64,000 bases of DNA from Neocallimastix sp. 'constans' (taxonomy: Eukaryota). The translations under genes were made by a program, and so were the position numbers. Below, piece by piece: positions 1 to 13,301 of the stretch. Within the stretch, counting starts at the first letter, position 1. Each line of letters starts with the position of its first letter. The notes under the pieces are model-generated. The model made no database searches. It was not told where the DNA came from and was given only the letters and a program-made list of their open reading frames with translations. The DNA is taken from assembly GCA_050613775.1 (NCBI GenBank), contig JBODTK010000123.1, positions 248,001-312,000 of the forward strand, given 5' to 3'.

Positions 1-1109
1 TATATATAAATTAAAAAAATATAAATTAAAACGATTAAATGTATTTATAAATATTTTAAAATTAATGAATAAAAATATGTTTTATTTGTAATAAAATCGA
101 ATTTTTGAAATTTATATCATTTTAATTATTATTGTAATAAAAATTATTTATATTAAATAATACTATATAAATATATTATTTTAGAAAGCTGTAACATTTT
201 TATAATTTTAATAATTATATTATTATTAAAATAGTATATATATCATAATTATTCATAATAATTTATGTAATAATTTTCATATATGATAAAATTTGTAGTA
301 ATATCAAGTACAAAATAAGGTTCATTTAAATAATTTTTTATTACAAAAATTTAATCTAAAAAAAAAAAAAATTATATATATAAAAATTTATAAAAGATTA
401 TGTCTGTAGAAGTCAATATATATTTTGGAATAAAAAAAAACACATAAGTATATATATTTATTTATTTATTCATTCATGTTTAATGACCATCTGTTTTTCA
501 AGAAATGGAATAATATAAATGTCTTATTAAATGATAATCAAGTATTAAATTCTTATAATATTAATTTTTTTTTACAGTATCATATAAAAGAAAATAAATA
601 TAAATTATATTTTAATTTATATAACAAAAACTAAAAATACTATATGGTAAGTACAGCTTCAAAAAAAAAAGCTAATTTTTCATTTAAATTTACGGTTAAG
701 AAGTTCAATAAGAGCCTTTAAATTTAAAGAAATTGAGTAAACTCTTATTAAAACTAAATATTATATATATTGAATACAACAAAAAAAAATATTATATTTA
801 TCAAACTATATAAAATATAAAGTAATAGTAATAATTTTTTAAAAAAATTTATTTTAAAAATATTATTTTATTATTAAATTAATTTTTATAAATAATAATA
901 GTTACAATAAAAAAAATTAATAAAATTACTATTAAATATAAAATAACTTTTTTATTAAATTTTAAAAGTTAAAATAAATAGATTAATTAATTATGTATTA
1001 AATATAATAAATATTTAACTATATCTTTCTTTTTCCCTTTAGTAAATATATAATAAATAAATAAATAAATAAATATATTAATAGATATATAAATAATTAA
1101 ATAAATAAT

Positions 1110-1680
1110 TTATATTATTATAAAATAATCATAATTTAAAATTTTAGCAATGAGTTGTTTGAAATAGTTTTCATCAGTAACATTTTGAATGTTAAAATTT
1201 CCTCCTCTAATTTCATTAATATACTTATATTCAATTTTTGTTCTTCTTGTGGCATTTCTTATGAACTATTCATGTTCAAGATCAACATGGCCAATATCAA
1301 TGGCCTGATAACCATTTTTATATAAATCATATGCTAATACTGTTGTGGTAGGTCCTAACACAATAAGAACCAATTTATTTTTATCTAATTTTTAAGATTC
1401 TTCCATGATTTTATCACAGGAATCAAATACATATATAATACAAATTCCATTCTTTGAATGGAATTTGTATTATTTAAAAAGATTATTGCCTATACCAAGT
1501 CTTGATTCCTCACCTTCAATGATGACTATATCTTTCTTTTCCCATATTTTTCTCAATTTTCTCACATATTCAGGAGCACCATCATTGTTGATATAATCGA
1601 TATAATCAATATAAAATCTTGAAATTCTAGTGGAGGCACAAGTTTTATTTACATTTAATATCTTCAATAAATTATACATA
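1110..1680 (-). pseudogene. GT-D fold (DUF1792-type) glycosyltransferase pseudogene, C-terminal part, bacterial-like
   Basis: Minus-strand reading gives STRISRFYIDY...KLRKIWEKKDIVIIEGEESRLGIGNNLF, then a frame disruption, then KLDKNKLVLIVLGPTTTVLAYDLYKNGYQAIDIGHVDLEHE*FIRNATRRTKIEYKYINEIRGG. These match recalled DUF1792 motifs (EGxxSRxGxGNxLF, LGPTATVLAYDL, QAIDIGHxDxEYEW). Contains in-frame stops, has no introns and lacks the 5' part. Confidence 0.8.
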
Positions 1681-1681
1681 T

Positions 1682-1817
1682 TTAAAAATGAAGAGTTTAA
1701 AGAATCAGCACCGGTACCAGCACCATCACCAGCTGCTAATAATAATGGAAATAATAATGGTGGTAATAATAGAGATTGGAACAACCTGAACAATAACAAC
1801 AACAATAATAATAGTTG

Positions 1818-1855
<38 letters not shown>

Positions 1856-1965
1856 GATAGAACAATTGGAATAATAACAACAATAATAGTTGGAATAATT
1901 GGGGTAACAACAATAACAATGGATGGAATAACTCGAACTATAATAGCAATGGATGGCATAACTAG
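1682..1965 (+). pseudogene. 3' fragment of a gene with a Pro/Ala linker and an Asn/Gly/Trp-rich low-complexity tail
   Basis: Reads EFKESAPVPAPSPAANNNGNNNGG...WNNNNNNNG*NNWNNNNNNSWNNWGNNNNNGWNNSNYNSNGWHN*. The internal TAG at 1858-1860 sits where the repeat predicts TGG (GW). Confidence 0.5.
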
Positions 1966-3227
1966 TGCTAAGCATATTAAAATGAATAATATTAAGTTTC
2001 TTTAATGAATACTATCATTTTTTACTTTTCGTATATTTTTAAAATTAGTTTATTCGATTTAATTAATATTTAATAAAATAGAAAAAATTTTATAAAATTT
2101 AAACAAAATTTCTTTTTTAGTAAATATATTTATATAATAAATAATTAATAAAATAAAAATATATATATATATAAAATAGGTTATGAATCAATAAATATTT
2201 TGAAAATATAATTAAAAATAAAAAATATTATAATTTTAATTATATATATATATTCAAAGTTTTAATTTATTTCTCATTATTTTATTATTTATATTTATAA
2301 TGCTTTTTGATGGAAAAAAAAAAGTAATGATAACATTTTATATATATATAAATTGATATATAAATTAAATTATATATAAATACTTTATGTTAAAAGGTTT
2401 TAAATCATTCCTTTAAATTTAATATATATCATATTTTTTCGTGTTTTTTTTTTTTATAATATTTAATATAATTAATTTTTTTGAAATATGAAAGATGAAA
2501 TAAAAACAATATTTTATTTTATATTATTTTTAATATTTTTTTTAAGTCATTTATATCAGCACCGCTAATAATTATGGTGAAACTTCATTAATGAAAGTTT
2601 ATAAGATTGAATAATATAAAAATTAATTATTCTATTTTACCCTTTAAAAAAAAGAAAGAAATGAAAATATTAAAAATCCAAACCAAAAATATTTCCATGG
2701 CTAAATCATTAATGAGATATGACAACAAAGTAAATATTAAGCAGTATATATTTATAAAAAATGATGATAGAAATAATTTATTTTTTAAATAATATTGATA
2801 ATAACTATACTAAAATAGTTAAACTTTATTAAATATATATATAATATTGAAACTAACATCATTTTAGAAATTAATTAACAAAAAAATAGATATTATATAT
2901 CTTTAATAGTTACTAGTAATAATAATATTAAAATAATTATTTTTATATTACTAATAGGTTCTGAGAGTAAAATTAATAATATTCTAAATATTGATAGAAA
3001 TAATAATATTATTAATTATAATAAAATATTTTCTATTTTTAATAGACATTAAAAAATAATTATTTGATAATATAATTTAATAATTAATAGAATAATTTTT
3101 ATTGTATATGTAATAATAAAATTGTTTTGCATGTAAATATAAATATATAATAAAGTAAAATAATTAATATGTTTCTTTATTAATTATTATTATTATTATT
3201 TTTTATTATTATTATTATTACTATTAC

Positions 3228-3263
<36 letters not shown>

Positions 3264-4045
3264 TATTATTATCATTATTATTATTATTATTATTATTATC
3301 ATTATTATTATTATTAGTAAGAGTTGGAAATTTATGGTTTATAATTATGTCAACTACATTTATATAATTCATGCTCAACAAAAATATTAAATTTAACATT
3401 AAATAGATAATAAACTATATATAAGGATATAGCTGAAAATGAAAATAAAAAGGGACGATGCAAATAGACATATAATAATAATATGTTCAAGATGAAATTC
3501 TGAAAAAAAAAATAAAATTAAATAAAATTAAATTAATCCTTATTAGTTTTAACTCAGTGAGGGCAGGTTCATTAACAGAAATGTAGAAAATGCCAATATG
3601 GAAAGAATATTAAATATTATGATTATGGGTTAGGGTTAGTTAGGATTATGCTATTATAGAAAAATGTTTATAAATAACATATAACAACATGTTCTTAAAT
3701 GTATTGATCTTTCTTAATGTAAAAAGATTCATATTTATTATTATAAATTTATATATTAAATAAAGTTTATTTTATAATAAAGTAATTTAAGATTAATAAA
3801 AAAAAATAATTGAAATTTTTTAGTAATAATGATTAAATAAAAATGAAAATGAAAATTTATTAATTTTTTTGTTGTTCTTTAAGTAAAAAACAACCAATAT
3901 AGTTCATTAAATTTTAAGAAATTAAAAATATATTTATATTAAAAATATTTTTTTATTTTTTATTGTACTTTAATCAATTTAATTCATTAATTTAAACTAT
4001 TTAATTTGTGTCACTGATGGTAAATTTTAAATAATTTTTTATAAT

Positions 4046-4087
<42 letters not shown>

Positions 4088-4699
4088 ATATAGTTAAATA
4101 TTATTATTATAATTATTTAATTATAATCATTAAATAATTTTTAAAATATTGAACTTTATAATTTAATGATTATAATTATGGAAATTATAATTTAAATAAA
4201 AAATTATTTAATTACTCGATTAAAATTAAAAAAAAAAAAATAAAATTAATTAAATAAAAAAAAAAAAAATTACATTATCCAATAACAATAATGGGAAAAT
4301 TTTATTAATTAAAATTTAGGAATAATTATGAGATAGTATATTAATGAATATTATTTAATAATTATGAATAAAATAAAATACATATAGTAATAATAAAAAT
4401 TAATCATAATTGTAATAAAAGTAATTATAGTAATAATAAATAATATATATATATATATAAAGAAAAAACCTTTTTTATTTTTTTTAAAAAACAAAAAAAA
4501 TATATATATATATTGAAAATCATTGAAATAAAATAAATAATTCTAATAAATATAATATATCTAAAAATTTAAATTTAGATATAAATTTAGATAGATATAT
4601 ATATTATATTAATATAAATTGAATGAACTAAATATTATATATAAATAGATTTACATAATAGTAATAAAAATAATAAATAAAAAAAATTAAAAAAAAAAA

Positions 4700-7200
4700 A
4701 TGAATTTTTCATGGATAATTGTACTGTTATCCCTGATAAGTAGTGTTTTTGCAGGGGAACTTGGATTAAAAACATTAATTTTGTCAACCAAAGGTAGTAC
4801 AGAAGCTGCCGCTGTTAAATTATCATTAGATTCCTATGGTATTAAGTATGATCATATTGAATTAAAATTAAAAGAATTAAAAGGTAATTTAACACTCTAT
4901 GATGAACATAAAAATCCAAAATATAATATGATAGTTTTAACCTCCGGTAAATTAACCCTATTAAATGAAAATTTCCAATGGACCAGTGTATTAAGTGACG
5001 AACAATGGGCTTACATAGACCAATATGAAGTGGACAATAAGATTCGTAGAATTACTCTTTCAGACACACCAGATCCTGTTTTAGGTATTTCAATTTATGA
5101 CCCAGAGAATTGGGGTTCCGATTCGATCCAAACCATGTTAAAAGCGGATAATTCCATAGCCGATGAAATGTTTGCAATTGCTGGTATAAAACCAACAGCT
5201 AAACTTGATACCTTAGGGTAAGATAGAGAATAAAAAAAAATAATTTTTTTTTTTTATCCTTACTTATATATATTAATTTCATTTCTTTTATATATTAATT
5301 AATCTAATAAAAAAAAAATTTTTTTTTTTATATTACATTTTTAATTTAATATGATAAATTCAATAAATATTTAAAACTTATTTCTATCAATTACTTCAAA
5401 TGAAAAAAAAAAAATTATATCCATATATATTAATGAAATGATTTTTTCAATAGTTTATACCATACTCCTATATCGATTAAGGATGCCACTGTAGAAGTGA
5501 AACCTATTCTCTATTTTGAAAAGGATAAAATCTATCCAGAAAATACAATTGCTGCACTCTACATGAAATTAAAGGATGGAAGAGAAAGATTATCCTTCTA
5601 TTTTGGTTTTGGAGATTGGTCTCTCAATTGTATTATCTTAAATCATATCTGGATTAATTGGGGTTCCCGTGGTATCTACAATGGTTTCCGTCGTGTCTAT
5701 TTCACCGCTCATATTGATGATGTTTTCCTTGCCACTGAATTGGTTGATCCAAAACACAATTTAGTAGAAGGTACAGAAGTTTTCAGAACGACTACCAAAG
5801 ATTTCGATAATATTAAGAAATATCAAAAGGAAATTGTTCAAAAAATGAATCCAGGTTCTGTTTTCCAAGTAGAATTAGCTTTTAATGGTAATGGTATTCT
5901 TATTGAAGCAGATTATGATAAATCGTTGAATGTTTTTGGAGAAAGATTAGTCGAATTAGAATTTAAAAAGGAACCAGGTACCGGTACTCATAACTGGCCA
6001 GTTCAAAATTATCACTTCGAATTTAAGGATAGTTTCTTAAATCAAGATCCACTCTATCCTTACTTCAAGCAAGAAGCTAATAGAGCGGAATTCTACTGGA
6101 GTTCTCACACCTTCACTCATGAAAATTTAGATAATGCGGATATTGATGATGTAGATAATGAAATTCGAGTGAATATTGAAGTTGCTAAAAAGTTTGGATT
6201 TGTTCGTGATGACAACAGTCATGAGGAATGGTGGTCTCCAGGTTCCATTATTACGCCACAAATTTCAGGACTTCGTAATCGTGATGCCATTGAAACCTTC
6301 AAAAAATATGGCATTAATTCAGGTACCGGAGATCTTTCACGTCAATCCCTCTGTAATGTAGAAAACCCATACCTTCCATACTACACGACAATGGAAGGTA
6401 GTAACTATGATGGATTCCCCGTTATTCCAAGATCACCTTCAGAAATATATTTCCATTGTAGTACCTCTGAAGAAGATACGTGGATGTATAATCAAATCTA
6501 TCACAATGTATTTGGTCAAGATTCTGATTGGAAAACCATCATTGAACGTGAATCCACTCGTGTTCTCACCTTAATGATGAAATTAAGACATGAAGCTCAT
6601 CAATTCCATCAAGCCAATCTTCGTAATGCAGATATTAAGGAACCTAGTCTTCTTCAACAATGGACAGATGCTATTGTGGAACGATACAATTCCTATGTCA
6701 ATTGGCCAATGATTTCCTTAAAATTAGATGATTTAGCAGAAACTTTTATTAATCGTAATGAAATTGAAAATTGTAATGCGACCTATTCCTTAATTACTTC
6801 CGGAGATAATATTACCGGTATTAATGTAAGTGCCCCAAAGAAATGTACTGTTCCTGTGACCGTTCCATTTGAAGTAGAATATAATAGCAAATTTAGGTAT
6901 GAACAAGTAGGTAATGATCCTTTAACCATTTGGGTTCCATTAAATGACAGTAAAGAAAAGATTATTTTCAAGAAACCTTTCCCATGGGGTACCGTCACCC
7001 CTACCATTGTTAAACCTGCTGTTGATTTACCAAAAACGGCAGCCGCCACCACCACCAATAAAAAATCAACAATTACTATTGTAAATACAGTTACTATAAA
7101 GGGAAAAACTGAAGATACTGAAGAACCAACAGATACAGAAGACAACACAACTGAAACAGCCGAAACTGAAACTGAAGAACCTACCGCTGATAATGAATAA
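4700..7200 (+). CDS. agd3-like: Secreted Agd3-like (CE18) polysaccharide deacetylase, about 754 aa; exons 4700-5217 and 5454-7200
   Basis: Signal peptide MNFSWIIVLLSLISSVFA. The GT-AG intron 5218-5453 joins ...LDTLG|LYHTPI in frame. Metal-binding motifs HIDDVFL and SHTFTHENLD plus HQFHQANLR are as recalled for Aspergillus Agd3. Thr/Glu-rich C-terminal tail. Confidence 0.85.
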
Positions 7201-7285
7201 AATAAAAAAATTAGTAAAAAATTAACTTTTCACCACTAAAAAAAAAAAAAAAAAAAATAAAAAAAAAAAAAAAAAAAAAAATACA

Positions 7286-7367
7286 TATAAAGTTTTTTTT
7301 ATTTATCTACTTCTACTTCAATGAAATCTTAGATCTTTATTTTGTTGCTCATGTTTTATTAGTTGTC

Positions 7368-7407
<40 letters not shown>

Positions 7408-10400
7408 ATATCTACAACTAAAACCAAATGAACAGCAAAATAAAGACTTATAATTACCCTTCAACTATACAAAATAAAGACTTATAACTTCCACTAATAC
7501 CAAATGAACAACTAAATAAAAACCTATAACTACAACTAAACAAAATAAAGACTTATAACTACACTACAACTAAACAAAATAAAGACTTATAACTTCTCTA
7601 TAACTAAACAAAATAAAGATTTATAACTATCCTACAACTAATTCAAAATAAAGACTTATAACTTCAACTAATACAAAATGAATAACTAAATAAAAACCTA
7701 TAACTACAACTGAACAAATAAAGACTTATAACTACCTTTTAACTAAACAAAATAAAGACTCATAACTACCCTACAACTAAACAAAATAAAGACTTATAAC
7801 TACCCTACAACTAAACAAAATAAAGACTTATACCTACAACTAAACAAATTAAAGACTTATGACTACTCTACAACTAATTCAAAATAAAGACTTATGACTT
7901 CAACTAATACAAATTAAAGACTTATAACTTAATTTTAAAACTTCAACTAATACAAACCTATATCTACAACTAAACATAATAAAGACTTATAACTACACTA
8001 CAACTAAACAAAATAAAGACTTATAACTACTCTACAACTAATTCAAAATAAAGACTTATGACTTCAACTAATACAGATTAAAGACTTATAACTTAATTTT
8101 AAAACTTCAACTAATACAAACCTATATCTACAACTAATCAAAATAAAAACTCATAACTACACTACAACTAAACAAAATAAAGACTTATAACTACTCTATA
8201 ACTAAACAAAATAAAGATTTATAACTATCCTACAACTAATTCAAAATAAAGACTTATAACTTCCACTAATATCAAATGAACAACCAAATAAAAACCTATA
8301 ACTACAACAAAACAAAATAAAGACTTATAACTACCCTACAACTAATCAAAATAAAGACTCATAACTACCCTACAACTAAACAAAATAAAGACTTATAACT
8401 ACCCTACAACTAAACAAAATAAAGACTTATATCTACAACTAAACAAATTAAAGACTTATGACTACTCTACAACTAATTCAAAATAAAGACTTATGACTTC
8501 AACTAATACAAATTAAAGACTTATAACTTAATTTTAAAACTTCAACTAATACAAACCTATATCTACAACTAAACATAATAAAGACTTATAACTACACTAC
8601 AACTAAACAAAATAAAGACTTATAACTACTCTACAACTAATTCAAAATAAAGACTTATGACTTCAACTAATACAGATTAAAGACTTATAACTTAATTTTA
8701 AAACTTCAACTAATACAAACCTATATCTACAACTAATCAAAATAAAAACTCATAACTACACTACAACTAAACAAAATAAAGACTTATAACTACTCTATAA
8801 CTAAACAAAATAAAGATTTATAACTATCCTACAACTAATTCAAAATAAAGACTTATAACTTCAACTAATACAAAATGAATAACTAAATAAAAACCTATAA
8901 CTACAACTGAACAAATAAAGACTTATAACTACACTACAACTAAACAAAATAAAGACTTATAACTACCCTACAACTAAACAAAATAAGGTCTTATAACTAC
9001 ACTACAACTAAACAAAATAAAGACTTATAACTACCCTACAACTAAACAAAATAAAGACTTATAACTACCCTACAACTAAACAAAATAAAGACTCATAACT
9101 ATCCTATAACTAAACAAAATAAAGACTTATAACTTTAGCTTTATAACTTCAACTAATACAAACCTATAACTACAACTAAACAAAATAAAGACTTATAACT
9201 ACCCTACAACTAAACAAAATAATGACTTATAACTTCCACTAATACCAAATGAACAACCAAATAAAAACCTATAACTACAACTGAACAAAATGAAGACTTA
9301 TAACTACCCTACAACTAAACAAAATAAAGACTTATTTAACTATCTTACAACTAATTCAAAATAAAGACTTATAACTACTCTATAACTAAACAAAATAAAG
9401 ACTTATAACTATCCTAAAACTAATTCAAAATAAAGACTTATAACTTCAACTTTATAACTTCAACTAATACAAACCTATAACTACAACTAATTCAAAATAA
9501 AGACTTATAACTACCCTACAGCTAATACAAAATAAAGACTTATAACTACTCTATAACTAAACAAAATAAAGACTTATAACTATCCTACAACTAATTCAAA
9601 ATAAAAACTTATAACTTCAACTTTATAACTTCAACTAATACAAACCTATAACTACAACTAAACAAAATAAAGACGTATAACTTCCACTAATACCAAATGA
9701 ACAACCAAATAAAGACTTATATCTACAACTAAACAAATAAAGACTTATATCTACAACTAAACAAATAAAGACTTATATCTACAACTAAAACAAATTAAAC
9801 AACAAAATAAAGACTCATAATTACAACTAAACAAAATAAAGACTCATAACTACAACTAAACAAAATAAAGACTCATAACTACAACTAAACAAAATAAAGA
9901 CTCATAACTACAACTAAACAAAATAAAGACTCATAACTACAACTAAACAAAATAAAGACTTATAACTATCCTACAACTAAACAAAGTAAAGACTTATATC
10001 TACAACTAATCAAAATAAAGCCCTATAACTACTCCACAACTAAACAAAGTAAAGACTTATATCTACAACTAATCAAAATAAAGCCCTATAACTACTCCAC
10101 AACTAAACAGAATAAAGACTTATAACTATCCTACAACTAAACAATATAAAGACTTATGTAACTACAATACAATTAAACAAAATAAAGGCTTATAACTACC
10201 CTACAACTAAACAATATAAAGTCTTATAACTATATTACAATTAAGCAAATTAAAGTCTTATAACTATCCTTCAACTAAACAAAATAAAGACTTATAACTA
10301 CATTACAATTAAGCAAATTAAAGACTTATAACTACATTACAATTAAGCAAATTAAAGTCTTATAACTATCCTTCAACTAATACCAAATGAACAACCAAAT

Positions 10401-11841
10401 AAAGACTTATATCTACAACTAAACAAAATAAAGTCTTTTAACTACTCTACAACTAATACAAAATAAAGACTTATAACTTCAACTAATACAAAATAAAGAC
10501 TTATAACTACTCTACAACTAAATAAAGTAAAGACTTATAACTACTCTACAACTAAATAATATAAAGTCTTATAACTATCCTTCAACTAAACAAAATAAAG
10601 ACTTATAACTATCCTACAACTAAACAAAATAAAGACTTATATCTACAAAATAAAGCCCTGTAACTACTCTACAACTAAACAGAATAAAGACTTATAACTA
10701 CAACTAATACCAAATGAACAACTAAATAAAAACCTATAACTACAACTAAACAAAATAAAGATTTATAACTACACTACAACTAAACAAAATAAATCCCTAT
10801 AACTACTCTACAACTAAACAAAATAAAGACTTATAACTACCTTACAGTTAAACAAAATAAAGACTTATAACTACCTTACAACTAAACAAAATAAAGACTC
10901 ATAACTATCCTTCAACTAATCAAAATAAAGACTTATAACTACCCTACAACTAAACAAAATAAAGACTTATAACTACCCTACAACTAATTCAAAATTAAGA
11001 CTTATAACTTCCACTAATACCAAATGAATAACCAAATAAAGACTTATATCTACAACTAATACAAAATGAACAACTAAATAAAAACCTATAACTGCAATTG
11101 AACAAAATAAAGCCCTATAACTACTCTACATCTAAACAAAATAAAGATTTATAACTACCCTACAACTAAACAAAATAAAAATTTATAACTACCCTACAAC
11201 TAAACAAAATAAAAATTTATAACTACCCTACAACTAATTCAAAATAAAGACTTATAACTACCCTAAATTTAAACAAAGTAAAGACTTATAACTACAACTA
11301 ATACCAAATGAACAACTAAATAAAAACCTATAACTACAACTAAACAGAATAAAGACTTATAACTACAACTAATACCAAATGAACAACTAAATAAAAACCT
11401 ATAACTACAACTAAACAAAATAAAAACCTATAACTACAACTAAACAAAATAAAGACTTATATCTACAACTAAACAAAATAAAGCCATATAACTACTCTAC
11501 AACTAATTCAAAATAAAGACTTATATCTACAACTAAACAAAATAAAGACTTATAACTACTCTACAACTAAACAAAATGAAGACTTATATAACTACACTAC
11601 AACTAAATAAAATAAAGACTTATAACTATCCTACAACGAAACAAAATAAAGACTTATAACTACAACTAATACCAAATGAACAACTAAATAAAAACCTATA
11701 ACTACCACTAATACAAAATGAAATACAAAATAAAGACTCAAAACTACAACTAATACAAAATGAACAACAAAATAAAGATCAAAGAATTCATTGAAGTAGA
11801 AAAGGATAAACAAAAAAAAAAAAAAAAAAAAAAACTTTATA
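7286..11841. mobile_element. Foldback-like element: about 85-bp imperfect terminal inverted repeats enclosing a 4.4-kb minisatellite
   Basis: 7286-7369 (tataaag-T8-atttatctacttctacttcaatgaaatcttagatctttattttgttgctcatgttttattagttgtcgt) is the near reverse complement of 11743-11841. No ORF with protein-like content and no clear TSD. Confidence 0.55.
7404..11780 (+). repeat. Complex minisatellite with 29/34-bp core CTACAACTAAACAAAATAAAGACTTATAA(CTACC) and higher-order repeats
   Basis: Unit periods counted directly: 29 bp at 9841/9870 and 34 bp at 10930/10964. An approximately 599-bp block recurs at 7561/8159/8758 and contains an approximately 165-bp sub-block. Confidence 0.95.
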
Positions 11842-11858
11842 ATATTAATATAATTCTT

Positions 11859-11889
<31 letters not shown>

Positions 11890-12026
11890 AATGCTTATTT
11901 ATAAAAAAATTTTAATAGATAATTAATAATTTTTTATTAAATTTTATTAATAATTTCTATAAAAATTAAAATCATTTTTAATTATTAATTTATAACTTAT
12001 TCTACAGGGATGAAATCAGGGAGATA

Positions 12027-12430
12027 AAAACTTTTATTTAGGAATAATTTAAATGGTTTTTATATAAAAATAATATAAAAAGTAAAAAAATGAAAAATAA
12101 AGATTAAATAAAAAGAGTACTTTCTATTAAAGAAAGATTTAAATGATTTTTATATAAATAAAAAGAATATATATATATATAAAATAAAAAAAAATAAGTA
12201 CTTTCTATTAAGGAATGATTTAAGTGATTTTTATATAAATAAAAAAAAATATAAAAAAAAATAAAAAGATAAAAAAGATAAAAAAAAATAAATACTTTCT
12301 ATTAAAGAATGATTTAAATGATTATTTTTATATAAAAAATATAAAAAAAAATAAAAAAAAAAAAAAATAAAAAAAAAATTAAATAAAAAAAAGGAGTACT
12401 TTTTATTTAAGGTGATTTTTATATAAATTA
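12027..12430 (+). repeat. Five approximately 45-bp direct repeats (gtactttctattaaagaatgatttaaatgatttttatataaa) separated by A-rich spacers
   Basis: Copies near 12027, 12116, 12196, 12291 and 12395. Confidence 0.75.
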
Positions 12431-12810
12431 ATGAAAAATTATAACAAATAAAAAAAAATAAAAAAAAAAATAAAAAAATAAAAAAAAAAAAAGCTTTTAA
12501 AAAAATCTAATTTTGTTAATTTATTCTTTGTATGTAAATAATAATGAAAAATTACTTTTAATATAAAAAAAATTAAATATTTAATTACAAAAATATTTTT
12601 TATTAAAAAATAATAATAATAAATAGTAATAATTTAACCTATAAATAAATATTTTAATGATATATAATAACCTTTTAATATTATCTTGTTAAATTGAATA
12701 ATTTTTAATTGAAATATCAATATTATTCTAATAGTTTTAAATCATCAATTTCTTTGAAATAATATAGTTTTTTAAAAATTAAGCCTAATATATAATGTTA
12801 ATATTACATT

Positions 12811-12995
12811 TATTATTTATTATTTATTATTTATTATTTATTATTTATTATTTATTATTTATTATTTATTATTTATTATTTATTATCTATTATTTATTAT
12901 TTATTATTTATTATTTATTATTTATTATTTATTATTTATTATTTATTATTTATTATTTATTATTTATTATTTATTATTTATTATTCATTATTTAT
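12811..12995 (+). repeat. (TTTATTA)n heptamer microsatellite
   Basis: Visible tandem heptamer; the same repeat occurs in the opposite orientation at about 46180-46278 and 52295-52500. Confidence 0.9.
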
Positions 12996-13021
12996 GAATA
13001 TTATTATTTTAAATTCAAATA

Positions 13022-13301
13022 CACACACACTTCATAGTGACTATTTTAAATTTAGATATACACACATTTCATAGTAACTATTTTAAATTTAAACCAACAC
13101 TTCATAGTGACTAACTAAAAATAAACTACAATAATAAAAGAATCAATCACTAAATATATTTTAAAATAAAAAAAAAAAAGACTAACTAAAAATAAACTAC
13201 AATAATAAAAGAATCAATCACTAAATATATTTTTTTAAAAAAAAAAAAAAGACTAACTAAAAATAAACTACAAAAACAAAAGAATCAATCAATCACTAAA
13301 T

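Noticed and set aside
1470..1919. 149-aa minus-strand ORF as a single gene with a Leu-rich signal
   Set aside because: The Leu-rich part is the antisense of the Asn repeat; only the part below about 1680 is GT-D homologous.
3627..3644. Interstitial telomeric repeat (gggttagggttagttagg)
   Set aside because: Fewer than three units; not distinguishable from chance.
7404..11780. CRISPR array or repetitive protein-coding gene
   Set aside because: Variable parts are only about 5 nt and recur, so there are no unique spacers; no cas genes are present; the array has no long ORF (only the 60-aa 11631-11813 at its end).
12027..12430. CRISPR-like repeat-spacer array
   Set aside because: Spacers are low-complexity A-tracts, the repeats are degenerate, and the context is eukaryotic without cas genes.
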